The translations under genes and the position numbers were made by a program. DNA of 50,827 nucleotides from Gemmatimonadales bacterium (GTDB taxonomy: Bacteria; Gemmatimonadota; Gemmatimonadetes; Gemmatimonadales; GWC2-71-9): NCBI GenBank assembly GCA_035495075.1, contig DATJGL010000136.1, positions 1-50,827 on the forward strand. The letters are read 5' to 3'. The notes beneath the pieces are model-generated. The model was not told the DNA's origin and ran no database searches. It was given only the letters and a program-made list of their open reading frames with translations. Positions 27,497 through 37,355 of the stretch are shown here, piece by piece. The first letter of the stretch is position 1; each line of letters opens with the position of its first letter.

Positions 27497-27700
27497 CTAG
27501 TCCTCTCTGTGCGTGGACGTGAAGAGATACAGACCGCCGAGCAACAGGACGACCGCTCCGAGGATCGGCCCCGGGCCGCCGTAGTTCTCCATGCTGAACG
27601 GTGCCGTCGTGGCAGCTCTGGCCACGGTGACGAATGTGATGGTTCCCATCACGAGGCCGATCATGCCGAGGGCAATCAGCACGAGAGAAAGCGTACGCAT
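27497..27700 (-). CDS. Small two-TM membrane protein
   Basis: 67 aa with two hydrophobic helices. Tightly spaced between the DinB gene (12-nt gap) and the cyclase gene (10-nt gap). Confidence 0.5.
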   Translation of the reverse strand: MRTLSLVLIALGMIGLVMGTITFVTVARAATTAPFSMENYGGPGPILGAVVLLLGGLYLFTSTHRED

Positions 27701-27712
27701 GGATCCTCTCTT

Positions 27713-28288
27713 CTAGAGTGTCGTGTTATCGCGGCCGGCAGAGGCCGGATCCGATAGACGGCTCAGGGTCTCACGGATCTGCGCGGCGTGTCGCTCCTCG
27801 TGCTGCGCTAGAAAGAGCAACCACTGGTAGAAGTCGAGCGGTCCTATGAGCGGATGCGGGGCCTTGAGCTCACTCAGCGCCCGTCCACTCACCCGCCTCA
27901 GCAACTCGAGCAGCCTCGCCCGGCTGATGCCCAATGCGGCGATGGACTCCGACAGGGTGCGCACGCCCGTCGGCGTGACCCCCGCGGGCGCCTTGATCGC
28001 GCGACTTCGTACTCGGAGACTGAACCGGTCGAGGGCGCCGAGAACTGACGTCGATTCCGTTTCTGCGCCCAGTAACTCGGCTTGCTTCGCGAGCTGGCCG
28101 AGCCTCCGACCGATGCCGTCTTCGACGAGCTGCAAGTGCTCCACGATCTCTGCCACCGACCACGTGCCGGGCGCCGGGACGGTCGCGGCTGCGTCAGCCG
28201 GAACCGCCGCAATCGTTTCGAGCAGCGCGGTTCGGGTGCGCTCCAACTCGACGCGGAGCTCGGCCAGGCGCGGGTGCAGTTCGCTCAC
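27713..28288 (-). CDS. DinB family protein (DinB_2-like four-helix bundle)
   Basis: WSVAEIVEHL...EERHAAQI His-containing helices. GTGA overlap with the ctaA stop. Confidence 0.7.
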   Translation of the reverse strand: MSELHPRLAELRVELERTRTALLETIAAVPADAAATVPAPGTWSVAEIVEHLQLVEDGIGRRLGQLAKQAELLGAETESTSVLGALDRFSLRVRSRAIKAPAGVTPTGVRTLSESIAALGISRARLLELLRRVSGRALSELKAPHPLIGPLDFYQWLLFLAQHEERHAAQIRETLSRLSDPASAGRDNTTL

Positions 28289-29250
28289 AGGCGAGCTCCC
28301 GCCGCCGTTTCGCCAGCAACCTCAGTCGTCGGCACTGCCGCACGTGCCGAAGCCTCTTGAGCCAGGGCGGCTGCGCCGAGCAATACCAGTGCGATCCAAA
28401 GCAGATCGGCCAGCAGTAGATGCACCAGCTGCAGCCACACCGGCGCGAGTAACGCGATATTCGTCAGGCCGGCGAGCCATTGCGTGACGACCAGCCCTCC
28501 GACCGCCCAGGCGAGCCGCTTGACGACGCGTCCTCGCTGAGCTGCCGCCGAGGTGGCGAGCACGATCAGATACAGCCCGACCGCCACAGCGAGCGCCGGG
28601 TGCAACACCCGAAGCCGGACGAGCAGATGCGCCGTCGGCGAGGCGTCCTGCCGAATGCCTTCCACCAGCGAGGCCGGCGGAAACAAGGTATCGCCCAGGG
28701 CGGTAATTGCTCCGCTCATCCCCACGACAAGGGTGCCCAACAGTGCCGCAGCGAAAAGCCAAGGCAAGCGTCGCCGAACCTCGACGCGGAGCTGCTCGCC
28801 ACCTGAGGCCCACCACGCGGCGAGTGCCAGCGATCCGAGCAGCAGGAACGTGTTGAGCAGATGTGTAGCCAGATAGACCGCTCGCGTGAGCGAGGCATTC
28901 TGAGCGACCAGCTCGAGCTTCACGAGCGCCGCGCCGATGAGCGCCTCGCAAAGCATGAACACCAGCGCCAGTCCGGCCCCCAGCCGAACCGGAGATCCCG
29001 CCGGCGCAACCCGCCGAGACCAGACGAACAACCCGACCACCAGCAGCAGGGCGACTCCGCTGGTGGCCCGATGGGTAAGCTCGATCAGGGTGGCGAGCCC
29101 GGGGCTCTGTGGAATTACGACACCCGTGCACAGGGGCCAATGACTGCCGCACCCGGCGCCCGACCCTGAGGCGCGCACATAGGCACCCCAGAGGACGACC
29201 CCCAGGTTGGCGGCGAGGACGCCCCAGGCATACTTGGCGAAGCGAGCCAT
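28285..29250 (-). CDS. ctaA: Heme A synthase (COX15/CtaA family)
   Basis: Eight TM helices. N-terminal GAYVRASGSGAGCGSHWPLCTG Cys pair. Conserved His residues in helices. Confidence 0.8.
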   Translation of the reverse strand: MARFAKYAWGVLAANLGVVLWGAYVRASGSGAGCGSHWPLCTGVVIPQSPGLATLIELTHRATSGVALLLVVGLFVWSRRVAPAGSPVRLGAGLALVFMLCEALIGAALVKLELVAQNASLTRAVYLATHLLNTFLLLGSLALAAWWASGGEQLRVEVRRRLPWLFAAALLGTLVVGMSGAITALGDTLFPPASLVEGIRQDASPTAHLLVRLRVLHPALAVAVGLYLIVLATSAAAQRGRVVKRLAWAVGGLVVTQWLAGLTNIALLAPVWLQLVHLLLADLLWIALVLLGAAALAQEASARAAVPTTEVAGETAAGARL

Positions 29251-29320
29251 CGCCTAAAGATACGCTGGAGGCCAACCGTTGTTGGTGGTGTGGTCGGGGC
29301 AGCAGGAAGCGCAGCGGTGG

Positions 29321-30613
29321 CTACAACTTGAAACCGCCAACCGCGCCGGTGAGGCGGTCCGACGCCTCGGCGAGGTGCCCTGCCGAAGACGAAATTTCTT
29401 CGGTCGAAGCGTTGAGCTGCTGGGCTGCGGCGGCGATCTCCTGAGCGGCGGCGGCATACTCTTCCGTGCCGGCAGAGACTTCCCGCATGCGACTGGCTAT
29501 GGTCTCGACCAGGGCCCTGACATCCTGGGCCGACTGAGATATTCGCCGGGTCCATTCGTCGTTTTGCTCGGCGTCGGACGCCACCCCGTCGAGCCCTTCG
29601 GCTGCCGCATGGGCGGCGTCTCGAGCTGCCATACCGCCCCGACCCAGCCGGATCAGACGCTCCCGGGCCGTGCGCACCCGCTCGAGTACGCTCTGAACGG
29701 TGGTGCTGGTCGACGTCGCCGCCTGAGCTGCCTGGCTGGCGAGTTTTCTTACTTCTTCGGCCACCACGCTGAAACCGCGTCCCTCTTCTCCGGCTCGTGC
29801 CGCTTCGATGGAGGCATTCAGGGCGAGCATGTGCGTCTGTTTTGCGATGGCCTTGGTCTGCGCCACGAACTTCTCGATCTCGCTGGACGCCGCAGTCAAC
29901 GCGTCGGCCTCTGCAGCTCCCGCGTCGATCTCATCCGTGAGGCGTGCCAGCTCCGCGGTACTCGCGTCAAGCCGTTCCCGATGACTCCGGGCGAGCCGCG
30001 CCAGCGCGGCGTTCCGCTCGGCGGCCTGGGTCGCCCCCGCCGCGAGCTCCTGCGTGATATGCAGAATCCGGCCTGCGTCCTCCGCAGCAGCGCGGACGAT
30101 CAGGGCCTGCTGGTTCGCCCGCTCGGTGAGGTCGCCGGTAGTACCTGCGACCTCCTGGGTCGAAGCGGTCATTTCCTGGGTTGACGCGGCGATCTGCTCA
30201 GCCATTGCCGCCGCCTCGCCGGCTGCACCCTGGATCGCGCTCGTCAGCGAACGCAGCGAGCTCACCATCGCCCCCAGGGATCGCATCATCTGGCCGCCGT
30301 TCCGGCCGGAAGTGTCGATCGAGAGATCCGAGATGAGGAGGTTTCCAGCGGCGACTCGGCTCGCAATGATCTCGGCCGAATCGAGCGGGCCGATCAGGCG
30401 CGATGCGATCCAGCGGAAAAACAGGGCGGCGCCGACCCCAGTCACGACAAAGAACCCGAGCGTGGCAAGCAGCACCTCTCGGTCAAGGGTCGTGTCGCCC
30501 GCGAGTGCGGTGACCCACCGGAGCAGCAAGTACACCAGGACCGTGAGGACGGCAACGGCCAGCGCGCCGTTGAGGTAGAGCATCCGGGTGAGGCTCGTCC
30601 GGCTTTCGGCCAT
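29321..30613 (-). CDS. Methyl-accepting chemotaxis protein with minimal periplasmic loop
   Basis: Two TM helices, a HAMP domain, and the highly conserved signalling hairpin [35 protein letters not shown]. Confidence 0.85.
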   Translation of the reverse strand: MAESRTSLTRMLYLNGALAVAVLTVLVYLLLRWVTALAGDTTLDREVLLATLGFFVVTGVGAALFFRWIASRLIGPLDSAEIIASRVAAGNLLISDLSIDTSGRNGGQMMRSLGAMVSSLRSLTSAIQGAAGEAAAMAEQIAASTQEMTASTQEVAGTTGDLTERANQQALIVRAAAEDAGRILHITQELAAGATQAAERNAALARLARSHRERLDASTAELARLTDEIDAGAAEADALTAASSEIEKFVAQTKAIAKQTHMLALNASIEAARAGEEGRGFSVVAEEVRKLASQAAQAATSTSTTVQSVLERVRTARERLIRLGRGGMAARDAAHAAAEGLDGVASDAEQNDEWTRRISQSAQDVRALVETIASRMREVSAGTEEYAAAAQEIAAAAQQLNASTEEISSSAGHLAEASDRLTGAVGGFKL

Positions 30614-30667
30614 GATTCTCGGGGCCAGGGGTTGTCGGGGGATCCCGAAAACTTAAGCGACTGCGCC

Positions 30668-32359
30668 TCAGTAACGCCACGCCCCGGTAGACTCTCCGGC
30701 GGTCGCGTGACTCGCGACGTAATCGGCCATTTCGCGAACCAGGTCGGCGTTGCTTGTCGGCTGCCAGCCATGGCCCTTCTGCGGCCGCCCGTACTTGAAG
30801 TAGCCGGCGTATGCCGGGTTCGTGCGGTGTTCTAGGAAATCCTCGAGCATATAGACGGCCAGGTTCAGGTAGTAGTTGTCCATGTCTCCGCAGAGCACGT
30901 GGATCTTGCCGATCAGGCTCGGGCCGACCGTCTTCCAGTTGCGCTCGAGGTATTCGCGCAGATCGTAGTCGTGCGATCGCCAGTACTCGGCGACATCGCG
31001 GTTGATCGCTCCAGTCGAGTCGTTCCAGATGGGGGCGGGATATCCCTCCTTGTCCACCGGCCCGTAAGTCGCCTCCCAGATAGCGAAGTTCTCTCCACCG
31101 CGCCGCCGACTTCCGCGGACGTTATTGAGCTGATTCTCCTGCCGTAGCATTACCACCGGCTGCCCGTCCGCTCGACGCTCCGATGGCCTGTCCATCGTGA
31201 TCCACTGGTTCCGAGTGACGTAGAACGCGTTGGTGTCGGCGTACAGGTTGACCAATTCGTAGCGCCGGAAGTCAACCGGGTCAGGATAGTAGCTCCAGGT
31301 CCCGCCGAAAAAATCAGGGTGGTACACCTGGAGTGCGAGGGCCTCCCAGCCACCGGTGGACCCGCCGGTGAGCACCCGGGCGTACGGCGCCGCGATCACG
31401 CGGAACTGCTTCTCCAGGTAAGGGATCAGCTCCTGCATGATGGCATCACCGTAGGGCCCGTTGTTCGCCGAATTCACCGCGTACGAGTCGTCGTAGTACG
31501 GGCTGGGATGCAGGATCCGGATCGCAACCATCCGCGGGAAGCTGTCGGACAGCCACGAGCGGGCGAACTTGGCGCCCGACTCGCGGTGGTCGGTGCGCTC
31601 GATGCGCGCCTTACGCACGGAATCCGGCTCCGGCGTGCTGTCGAGCGTAAAGCTAAACGGCGCATCCAGGGTGAAATGCCCTTGCAGCCATACCGTTGGA
31701 AACCGCACGGAGGGGTGCTCATCGTATCCTTTCGGCAGGAGCACGACCGCACCCAGATAGATCGGGTGGCCCCACCATTTGGTGAGAATCTGACTCTGAA
31801 TGCGAACCTGCTTCACATAGCGATCATCCGGGGGGACGTCGACCGCCGGCAACTTGCGGCTCAGCTCGATTCGCGCCCTGGTACCGCTGAGTGGATCGAC
31901 GTGGATCCGGCGAACCGTGCTCACGAGGGTGCCCGGTGCGGTGTTGAACTGCTGTCCCTCCCATTCGTCCATGTGTGCCCAGATCGTGTGGCCGTCCGCG
32001 CGGGCGAAGCGGGTGTACACGCTGGCCAGCGCCTGGACGTAGTAATCTCCGGCCGGCAAGTCGTCCAGCGACTTCAGAGGATACCCGCCCGCACGGCGGT
32101 CAATTACCGCAGGTGAGCCCGGCTTGAGCTGGTTCACGTCCACGCCGAAAAACGGGATGCTCACCATTCCGCCTGCCCTGAGCCGGGGCTCGTCCGCGCT
32201 GTCCTTGGCCAGGAACACGAAAACGCGGCCAGTCAGAGCCTCGGCGCGTAGAGAGGCGGGAACCACGATTTCGAACCGGGCACCCGGCGGACGCTGGCTG
32301 GCCAGAGGGGACGCGGCGATCAGGAACCAGGCCGTTGCCGCCAGCTGTTTGAGGCTCAT
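30668..32359 (-). CDS. Secreted esterase-like alpha/beta hydrolase family protein
   Basis: Signal peptide. Nucleophile elbow G-x-S-x-G within LTGGSTGGWEAL, resembling the putative esterase family. Confidence 0.55.
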   Translation of the reverse strand: MSLKQLAATAWFLIAASPLASQRPPGARFEIVVPASLRAEALTGRVFVFLAKDSADEPRLRAGGMVSIPFFGVDVNQLKPGSPAVIDRRAGGYPLKSLDDLPAGDYYVQALASVYTRFARADGHTIWAHMDEWEGQQFNTAPGTLVSTVRRIHVDPLSGTRARIELSRKLPAVDVPPDDRYVKQVRIQSQILTKWWGHPIYLGAVVLLPKGYDEHPSVRFPTVWLQGHFTLDAPFSFTLDSTPEPDSVRKARIERTDHRESGAKFARSWLSDSFPRMVAIRILHPSPYYDDSYAVNSANNGPYGDAIMQELIPYLEKQFRVIAAPYARVLTGGSTGGWEALALQVYHPDFFGGTWSYYPDPVDFRRYELVNLYADTNAFYVTRNQWITMDRPSERRADGQPVVMLRQENQLNNVRGSRRRGGENFAIWEATYGPVDKEGYPAPIWNDSTGAINRDVAEYWRSHDYDLREYLERNWKTVGPSLIGKIHVLCGDMDNYYLNLAVYMLEDFLEHRTNPAYAGYFKYGRPQKGHGWQPTSNADLVREMADYVASHATAGESTGAWRY

Positions 32360-32471
32360 TGAAAGCTCGATAAGTGCAGGGTAGCGGGCATCTTAATCGA
32401 ACCCGGCTCTTGGCGCTAACTATGCTACCGGGCTACATTTACACCTTCATGTCAGGGTGCCCGAGAAACCG

Positions 32472-34958
32472 ATGTCCGATCCAGTGATCCAGCGTTCCGA
32501 CCATCCCGATACCCAGGTACCGGCGGCGGACGCCTACCGCCCGGACGTGATTGAGCCGAAGTGGGAGGCACGCTGGGCCGAATCGGGGACCAATGAGACG
32601 GACCTCGACGGCGCTCTCAAACCCTTCTTCAACCTGATGATGTTCCCCTACCCCTCGGCCGAGGGCCTGCACGTGGGGAACATGTTCGCCTTTACCGGGG
32701 CCGACACCTACGGCCGCTTCAAGCGGCTCCGGGGTTGGAATGTCTTCGAGCCGATCGGATTCGACGCGTTCGGGATCCATAGCGAGAACTACGCGATCAA
32801 GCTGGGGATCAATCCGGCGGAGCTGATCCCCCGCAACATCGAGAACTTCCGGCGTCAGCTCCGCCGCATGGGCGGCATGTTCGACTGGCGCCACGAGCTA
32901 TCTACCACCGATCCGCGCTACTACAAGTGGACCCAGTGGATCTTCGTGCAGTTGTTCAAAGCGGGGAAGGCGTACAAGAAAGCGGCCCCGGTCAACTGGT
33001 GCCCCAGCTGCAAGACGGTCCTGGCAAATGAGCAGGTCATCAATGGAGCGTGCGAGCGCTGCGGAACCACCGTCGAGCAGCGGATTCTGGAGCAGTGGTT
33101 CTTCCGGATCACTGACTACGCCGACCGGTTGCTGAGCAACCTGGACGACAAGGCCAAGATGGATTGGTCGGACTCGACGGCCACGGCGCAGCGCAACTGG
33201 CTCGGCCGCTCAGAGGGAGCCGAGATCGATTTCCCGTTGGAGCACGGCCGATCGATCCGCGTCTTTACAACCCGGCCCGACACGGTGTTCGGCGCCACCT
33301 TCATGGTACTGGCGCCGGAGCATCCGCTCGTGACCGAGATAACCACGCCGGCCCAGCAGGAGGCGGTGGAGGCGTACCGGCGGCAGGTGTCCTCGCGGGA
33401 CCTCGTCTCGCGTAAGGTGGGAGACCGGGAGAAGACGGGGGTCTTCACCGGCGCCTTCGCCAAGAACCCGGCGACTGGCAGAACCATTCCGGTCTGGATC
33501 GCCGACTACGTGCTCATGGAATACGGGACCGGCGCCATCATGGCCGTCCCCGGTCACGACGAGCGGGACTTCGATTTCGCCCGGCGATACGGTCTTCGGG
33601 TTGTCCGCGTGCTGGGTCGGCCGGGGCAGGATCCCGACGCCCCTGTCGAAATGTCGGAGACCGGCGTCGAAGGCTATCGGCTGCTGAACTCGGGAGAGTT
33701 CACCGGCATGCCGGCGGCCGAGGGCAAGACCGCCATCATCCGCTGGCTGGAGGAGACGGGGCGGGGGAAGGGCGTGATTCAGTATCGCCTGCACGATTGG
33801 TGCATCTCCCGGCAGCGGTATTGGGGACCCCCGATCCCGATGATCTACTGCGACGCCTGCGGCCCGGTTCCGGTGCCGGAGCGCGATCTCCCGGTGCTGT
33901 TGCCGTTGATCGAGGACTTCCGACCGGACGACAGCGGGGTTTCGCCGCTGGCTCGACATGAGGAGTGGTACTACATCGCCTGCCCACAATGCGGGGCTCG
34001 CGGGCGCCGCGAGACCGACGTTTCGGACACCTTCCTCGACTCGGCGTGGTATTTCCTGCGCTACCCCAGCACCGAATTCGATGACCGGGCCTTCGACGAT
34101 CTGCGCACGCGACGCTGGCTACCGGTCACCTCCTACATCGGTGGAAACGAGCACGCGGTGTTGCACCTGTTGTACTCTCGTTTCATCACGATGGTGTTGC
34201 AAGAGCTGGGGCACGTTCAATTCGACGAGCCGTTCGCCAAGTTCCGGGCGCACGGTACCATCGTGAAGGACGGCGCGAAGATGTCCAAGTCGCGGGGAAA
34301 CGTGGTGATCCCCGACGAGTATATCGCAAAGTGGGGCGCCGACACCTTGCGGATGTACCTGATGTTCCTAGGGCCGTTTCGGGAGGGTGGAGACTTCCGA
34401 GACGACGGCATCTCCGGGCCCCGCCGCTTTTTGGAGAAAGTGTGGCAGCTGGTGGCTGACTGCATCCGGGACGATGCGTCCGGCGAGGTCAAGCACCGGA
34501 TCCTCGTGAAGTGGAACCAGACCAAGAAAGCGGTCACACACCGGCTGGAGGACCTCGAGTACAACACCGCGATCGCGGCGCTTATGGAGCTGCTGAATGT
34601 CCTGCGAGAGGAGAACTGCCGGGAACGGCGGATTGTCGAGGAGCTGATCATCATGGTGGCGCCGTTCGCGCCGCATTTCGCGGAGGAGTGCTGGGAGCGG
34701 CTGGGTCATCGCACCTCCGTGTTCAGCGCCCACTGGCCCACGTGGGATGAGCACCTCACGGTCGAGCACACGGTCGAGCTGGTGGTTCAGGTGAATGGCA
34801 AGACCCGCTCGAAAGTGCATGTTCGGCGCGACGCATCCGAAACCGAAGCGGTTACCGCGGCGCTGGCAGATGAGACGGTCCGCCGGCTGATCGACAGCAA
34901 GGAGATCCGGAAGCAGATTCTGGTCCCGAACCGGCTGGTGAACCTAGTAACTGCGTGA
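32472..34958 (+). CDS. leuS: Leucine--tRNA ligase
   Basis: HIGH-type motif (PYPSAEGLHVGN), CP1 editing domain, KMSKS present. GTG 32457 is an alternative start. Confidence 0.95.
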   Translation: MSDPVIQRSDHPDTQVPAADAYRPDVIEPKWEARWAESGTNETDLDGALKPFFNLMMFPYPSAEGLHVGNMFAFTGADTYGRFKRLRGWNVFEPIGFDAFGIHSENYAIKLGINPAELIPRNIENFRRQLRRMGGMFDWRHELSTTDPRYYKWTQWIFVQLFKAGKAYKKAAPVNWCPSCKTVLANEQVINGACERCGTTVEQRILEQWFFRITDYADRLLSNLDDKAKMDWSDSTATAQRNWLGRSEGAEIDFPLEHGRSIRVFTTRPDTVFGATFMVLAPEHPLVTEITTPAQQEAVEAYRRQVSSRDLVSRKVGDREKTGVFTGAFAKNPATGRTIPVWIADYVLMEYGTGAIMAVPGHDERDFDFARRYGLRVVRVLGRPGQDPDAPVEMSETGVEGYRLLNSGEFTGMPAAEGKTAIIRWLEETGRGKGVIQYRLHDWCISRQRYWGPPIPMIYCDACGPVPVPERDLPVLLPLIEDFRPDDSGVSPLARHEEWYYIACPQCGARGRRETDVSDTFLDSAWYFLRYPSTEFDDRAFDDLRTRRWLPVTSYIGGNEHAVLHLLYSRFITMVLQELGHVQFDEPFAKFRAHGTIVKDGAKMSKSRGNVVIPDEYIAKWGADTLRMYLMFLGPFREGGDFRDDGISGPRRFLEKVWQLVADCIRDDASGEVKHRILVKWNQTKKAVTHRLEDLEYNTAIAALMELLNVLREENCRERRIVEELIIMVAPFAPHFAEECWERLGHRTSVFSAHWPTWDEHLTVEHTVELVVQVNGKTRSKVHVRRDASETEAVTAALADETVRRLIDSKEIRKQILVPNRLVNLVTA

Positions 34959-34960
34959 AG

Positions 34961-36088
34961 TCACAGCAGCTTGACTATCCATTCCCCGACAACATACCCG
35001 ACGGCCGCAACCCCCAGGCCGACGGCGAACATGTCGATCCCGCTCCGGAACACGCTGCGGCCGGTAAAAAAGCTCCGTGCGGCGCCTACGACGAAGTGGG
35101 AAAGCATCGCAATAGCGAACGAGACCCAGATAGCCGTGATCCCGCGGCTGATGAGAAATGGGGCCACCGGGATGAAAGCACCTAAGGCCGTCGCGACACC
35201 CGTGGTCCAGGCTTCGCGTAATGGGGTGCTGGTAGCCTCTCCGATCTTCAGCTCTTCGCGGACCTTCTCTTCGAGCGCGCGGGCCGGATCCTCCATCACC
35301 TGCGTGGCGATGGCATGCGCCTGCCCCGCAGGGATCCCTTTGGCCTGATAGATGAGACTCAACTCTTCGTGCTCGAGCTCGGGCATGAGCCGAATTTCTT
35401 CCTGCTCCATCGCGATCTCGTGCTCGAATACCTCCCGCTCGCTCTTGGCGGCCAGATAACCAGACGATCCCATCGACAACGCATCGGCCACCATCCCGGC
35501 CAGGCCAGCAACCAACACCCCATGCCCAGCCTCACCCAAGCTTGCCTGAGCCCCAATCATGCCTGCCACGAGGCCGAAGTTGGCGGTGAGACCGTCATTG
35601 AACCCGTAGACCACGTTCCGGAGAAAGCCTCCCGCACCGGTCTTGTGCCAGGGTTCAGCCGATTTTCCGCTGATGCTCGCCAGCCGATCGGCGTGCTCCT
35701 TTGACTCGCGAGCCAGCGTCAGAGCGGTTGGCCCGGCCACGCCGCCAGGCGATTCCCGGTAGAGGCTCAAGTAGCCCTTCACCTCGCGGCCTTCCTCTTC
35801 CAACAGGAGCGGCAACAGCAACTGGGGCCCGAACCGCCGGGCAAGCCACGCACGCAGGCGGGCTCCCCTCGACGGTTCGGGGCGGGCCACCGGATGCCCG
35901 TGCTCCGAGAGTAATTGCCGCCACATCTCTACGTGCCGGTCCTCCACGCCCGCGAGCTGGCGATACAGGTCGGCCCGCGTCGGGTCGCGCTCGGTCCCGG
36001 CCAGCTCCCGGTACAGGTAGGCCGCGTCAGCCTCGTCTTCGAGATGATGGAGCCAGGTGTGCGGGGCGGCGGTGGGAGTGGTTGGCAT
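34961..36088 (-). CDS. VIT1/CCC1 family iron/manganese transporter with N-terminal ferritin-like domain
   Basis: N-terminal E..A..LY..LA...D....LY..LA..E..H rubrerythrin-like helices. C-terminal five-TM VIT1 domain (NVVYGFNDGLTANFGLVAG). Confidence 0.8.
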   Translation of the reverse strand: MPTTPTAAPHTWLHHLEDEADAAYLYRELAGTERDPTRADLYRQLAGVEDRHVEMWRQLLSEHGHPVARPEPSRGARLRAWLARRFGPQLLLPLLLEEEGREVKGYLSLYRESPGGVAGPTALTLARESKEHADRLASISGKSAEPWHKTGAGGFLRNVVYGFNDGLTANFGLVAGMIGAQASLGEAGHGVLVAGLAGMVADALSMGSSGYLAAKSEREVFEHEIAMEQEEIRLMPELEHEELSLIYQAKGIPAGQAHAIATQVMEDPARALEEKVREELKIGEATSTPLREAWTTGVATALGAFIPVAPFLISRGITAIWVSFAIAMLSHFVVGAARSFFTGRSVFRSGIDMFAVGLGVAAVGYVVGEWIVKLL

Positions 36089-36198
36089 GCTTCAACTTAA
36101 GCGCGAAGAGCGAGTGGTGGACAGGGAACAGGGGCGCCGCGCGAAGGGAGGCCTTGGGTTTGCGACCTTTGGGCCGTCCCCGGCATCTTTACTCCGTC

Positions 36199-36753
36199 AT
36201 GTCGAGAGCGCTTGTCATGGACTCGTACCTGCTGGCCGACACCAAGACGGTCGTGGCCCAGGCGAAAGCCGGTGATCCAGCCGGCTTCGAGGCGTTGTAC
36301 CGCGCTTTCGAAATTCCTGTCTACAACCTGTGCCGGCGCATCTGCCGGACCGCCGAAGACGCCGAGGACGTCCTCCAGGAAACCTTCCTGGAGATTTGCC
36401 GCAGCATCGGCCAGTTCCGAGAGGACGGAAGCCTCTGGGGCTGGGTCCGAACCATCGCGGCAAGCAAGGCCCTTATGCGCCTTCGCCGGAACAAGTACCG
36501 GGATACCGACGAGCTGAACGACGAGGTCGTCGGCCAGCGGCGCGAGGATACCCATCTCCGCATGGATCTCGAAGCCGCGCTGGAGCGGCTGTCGGAGACC
36601 GCGCGGGCGGTCGTTTGGCTGCACGACGTAGAGGGTTATACCCACGAAGAAATCGCCGCGATGATGGGCAAGACGCCGAGCTTCTCCAAGTCCCAGCTGG
36701 CGCGGGCCCACGCACGGCTGCGGCGCTGGCTTGGCGAGGAGGTGGCCGCGTGA
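36199..36753 (+). CDS. ECF-type RNA polymerase sigma factor
   Basis: Region 2 (AEDAEDVLQETFLEICRSIGQF...WGWVRTIAASKALMRLR) and region 4 HTH (GYTHEEIAAMMGKTPSFSKSQLARAHARLR). Confidence 0.85.
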   Translation: MSRALVMDSYLLADTKTVVAQAKAGDPAGFEALYRAFEIPVYNLCRRICRTAEDAEDVLQETFLEICRSIGQFREDGSLWGWVRTIAASKALMRLRRNKYRDTDELNDEVVGQRREDTHLRMDLEAALERLSETARAVVWLHDVEGYTHEEIAAMMGKTPSFSKSQLARAHARLRRWLGEEVAA

Positions 36754-37355
36754 TGCACCTCTCTATGGAACAGTTGTTGGCCCTTCGTGAACCGGGCGCC
36801 GAGCCCGGCACCCAGGCCGCTCGGGCTCACTTGGATGCGTGTGAAGCGTGCCGGGCCGAATTCGATCGATTGCACCAGCGCATCGCCCGACTCAAGGCCC
36901 TGCCCGCACTCCGCCCCACTCGCGACCGTTGGCCCGCTGTACGCGCCCGGTTTGAAGCCGAGCGGCGCGCGCGGCGGCTCCGCCGGGCTGGCCTGGTTGG
37001 ACTAGCGGCGGCTGCCAGCATCGCGTTGCTGATCGGTTTGCGCGGAGTCTCTCACCCACCCATCGCCAGCGCCGTTCCGGCGGAGTTGTCGGAGGCTAAG
37101 GCACGGTCGCAGGCTCTCGAAGCCGCGATCGACCAGTACCATCCCGAAAGCCGTGTGGTCGATGGGAGAACTGCCCGGATTGCGCAGGAGTTGGAGGACC
37201 GAATCGCCGCCGTCGATCGCGAGCTGCAGGCGACAGACCTGGCCGATCCAAGCCATCGGGAAGCTCAGGAGCTCAATCTGTGGCGTGAGCGAGTTGGTTT
37301 GCTGGATGCGCTGGTGGACGTGCATCTCACCCGCGCCAGCCACGTGGGGTTGTGA
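36753..37355 (+). CDS. Anti-sigma factor (zf-HC2-like N-terminus, single TM)
   Basis: HLDACEACRAEF motif. TM helix GLVGLAAAASIALLIGL. Start overlaps the sigma stop (GTGATG). Confidence 0.65.
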   Translation: MHLSMEQLLALREPGAEPGTQAARAHLDACEACRAEFDRLHQRIARLKALPALRPTRDRWPAVRARFEAERRARRLRRAGLVGLAAAASIALLIGLRGVSHPPIASAVPAELSEAKARSQALEAAIDQYHPESRVVDGRTARIAQELEDRIAAVDRELQATDLADPSHREAQELNLWRERVGLLDALVDVHLTRASHVGL

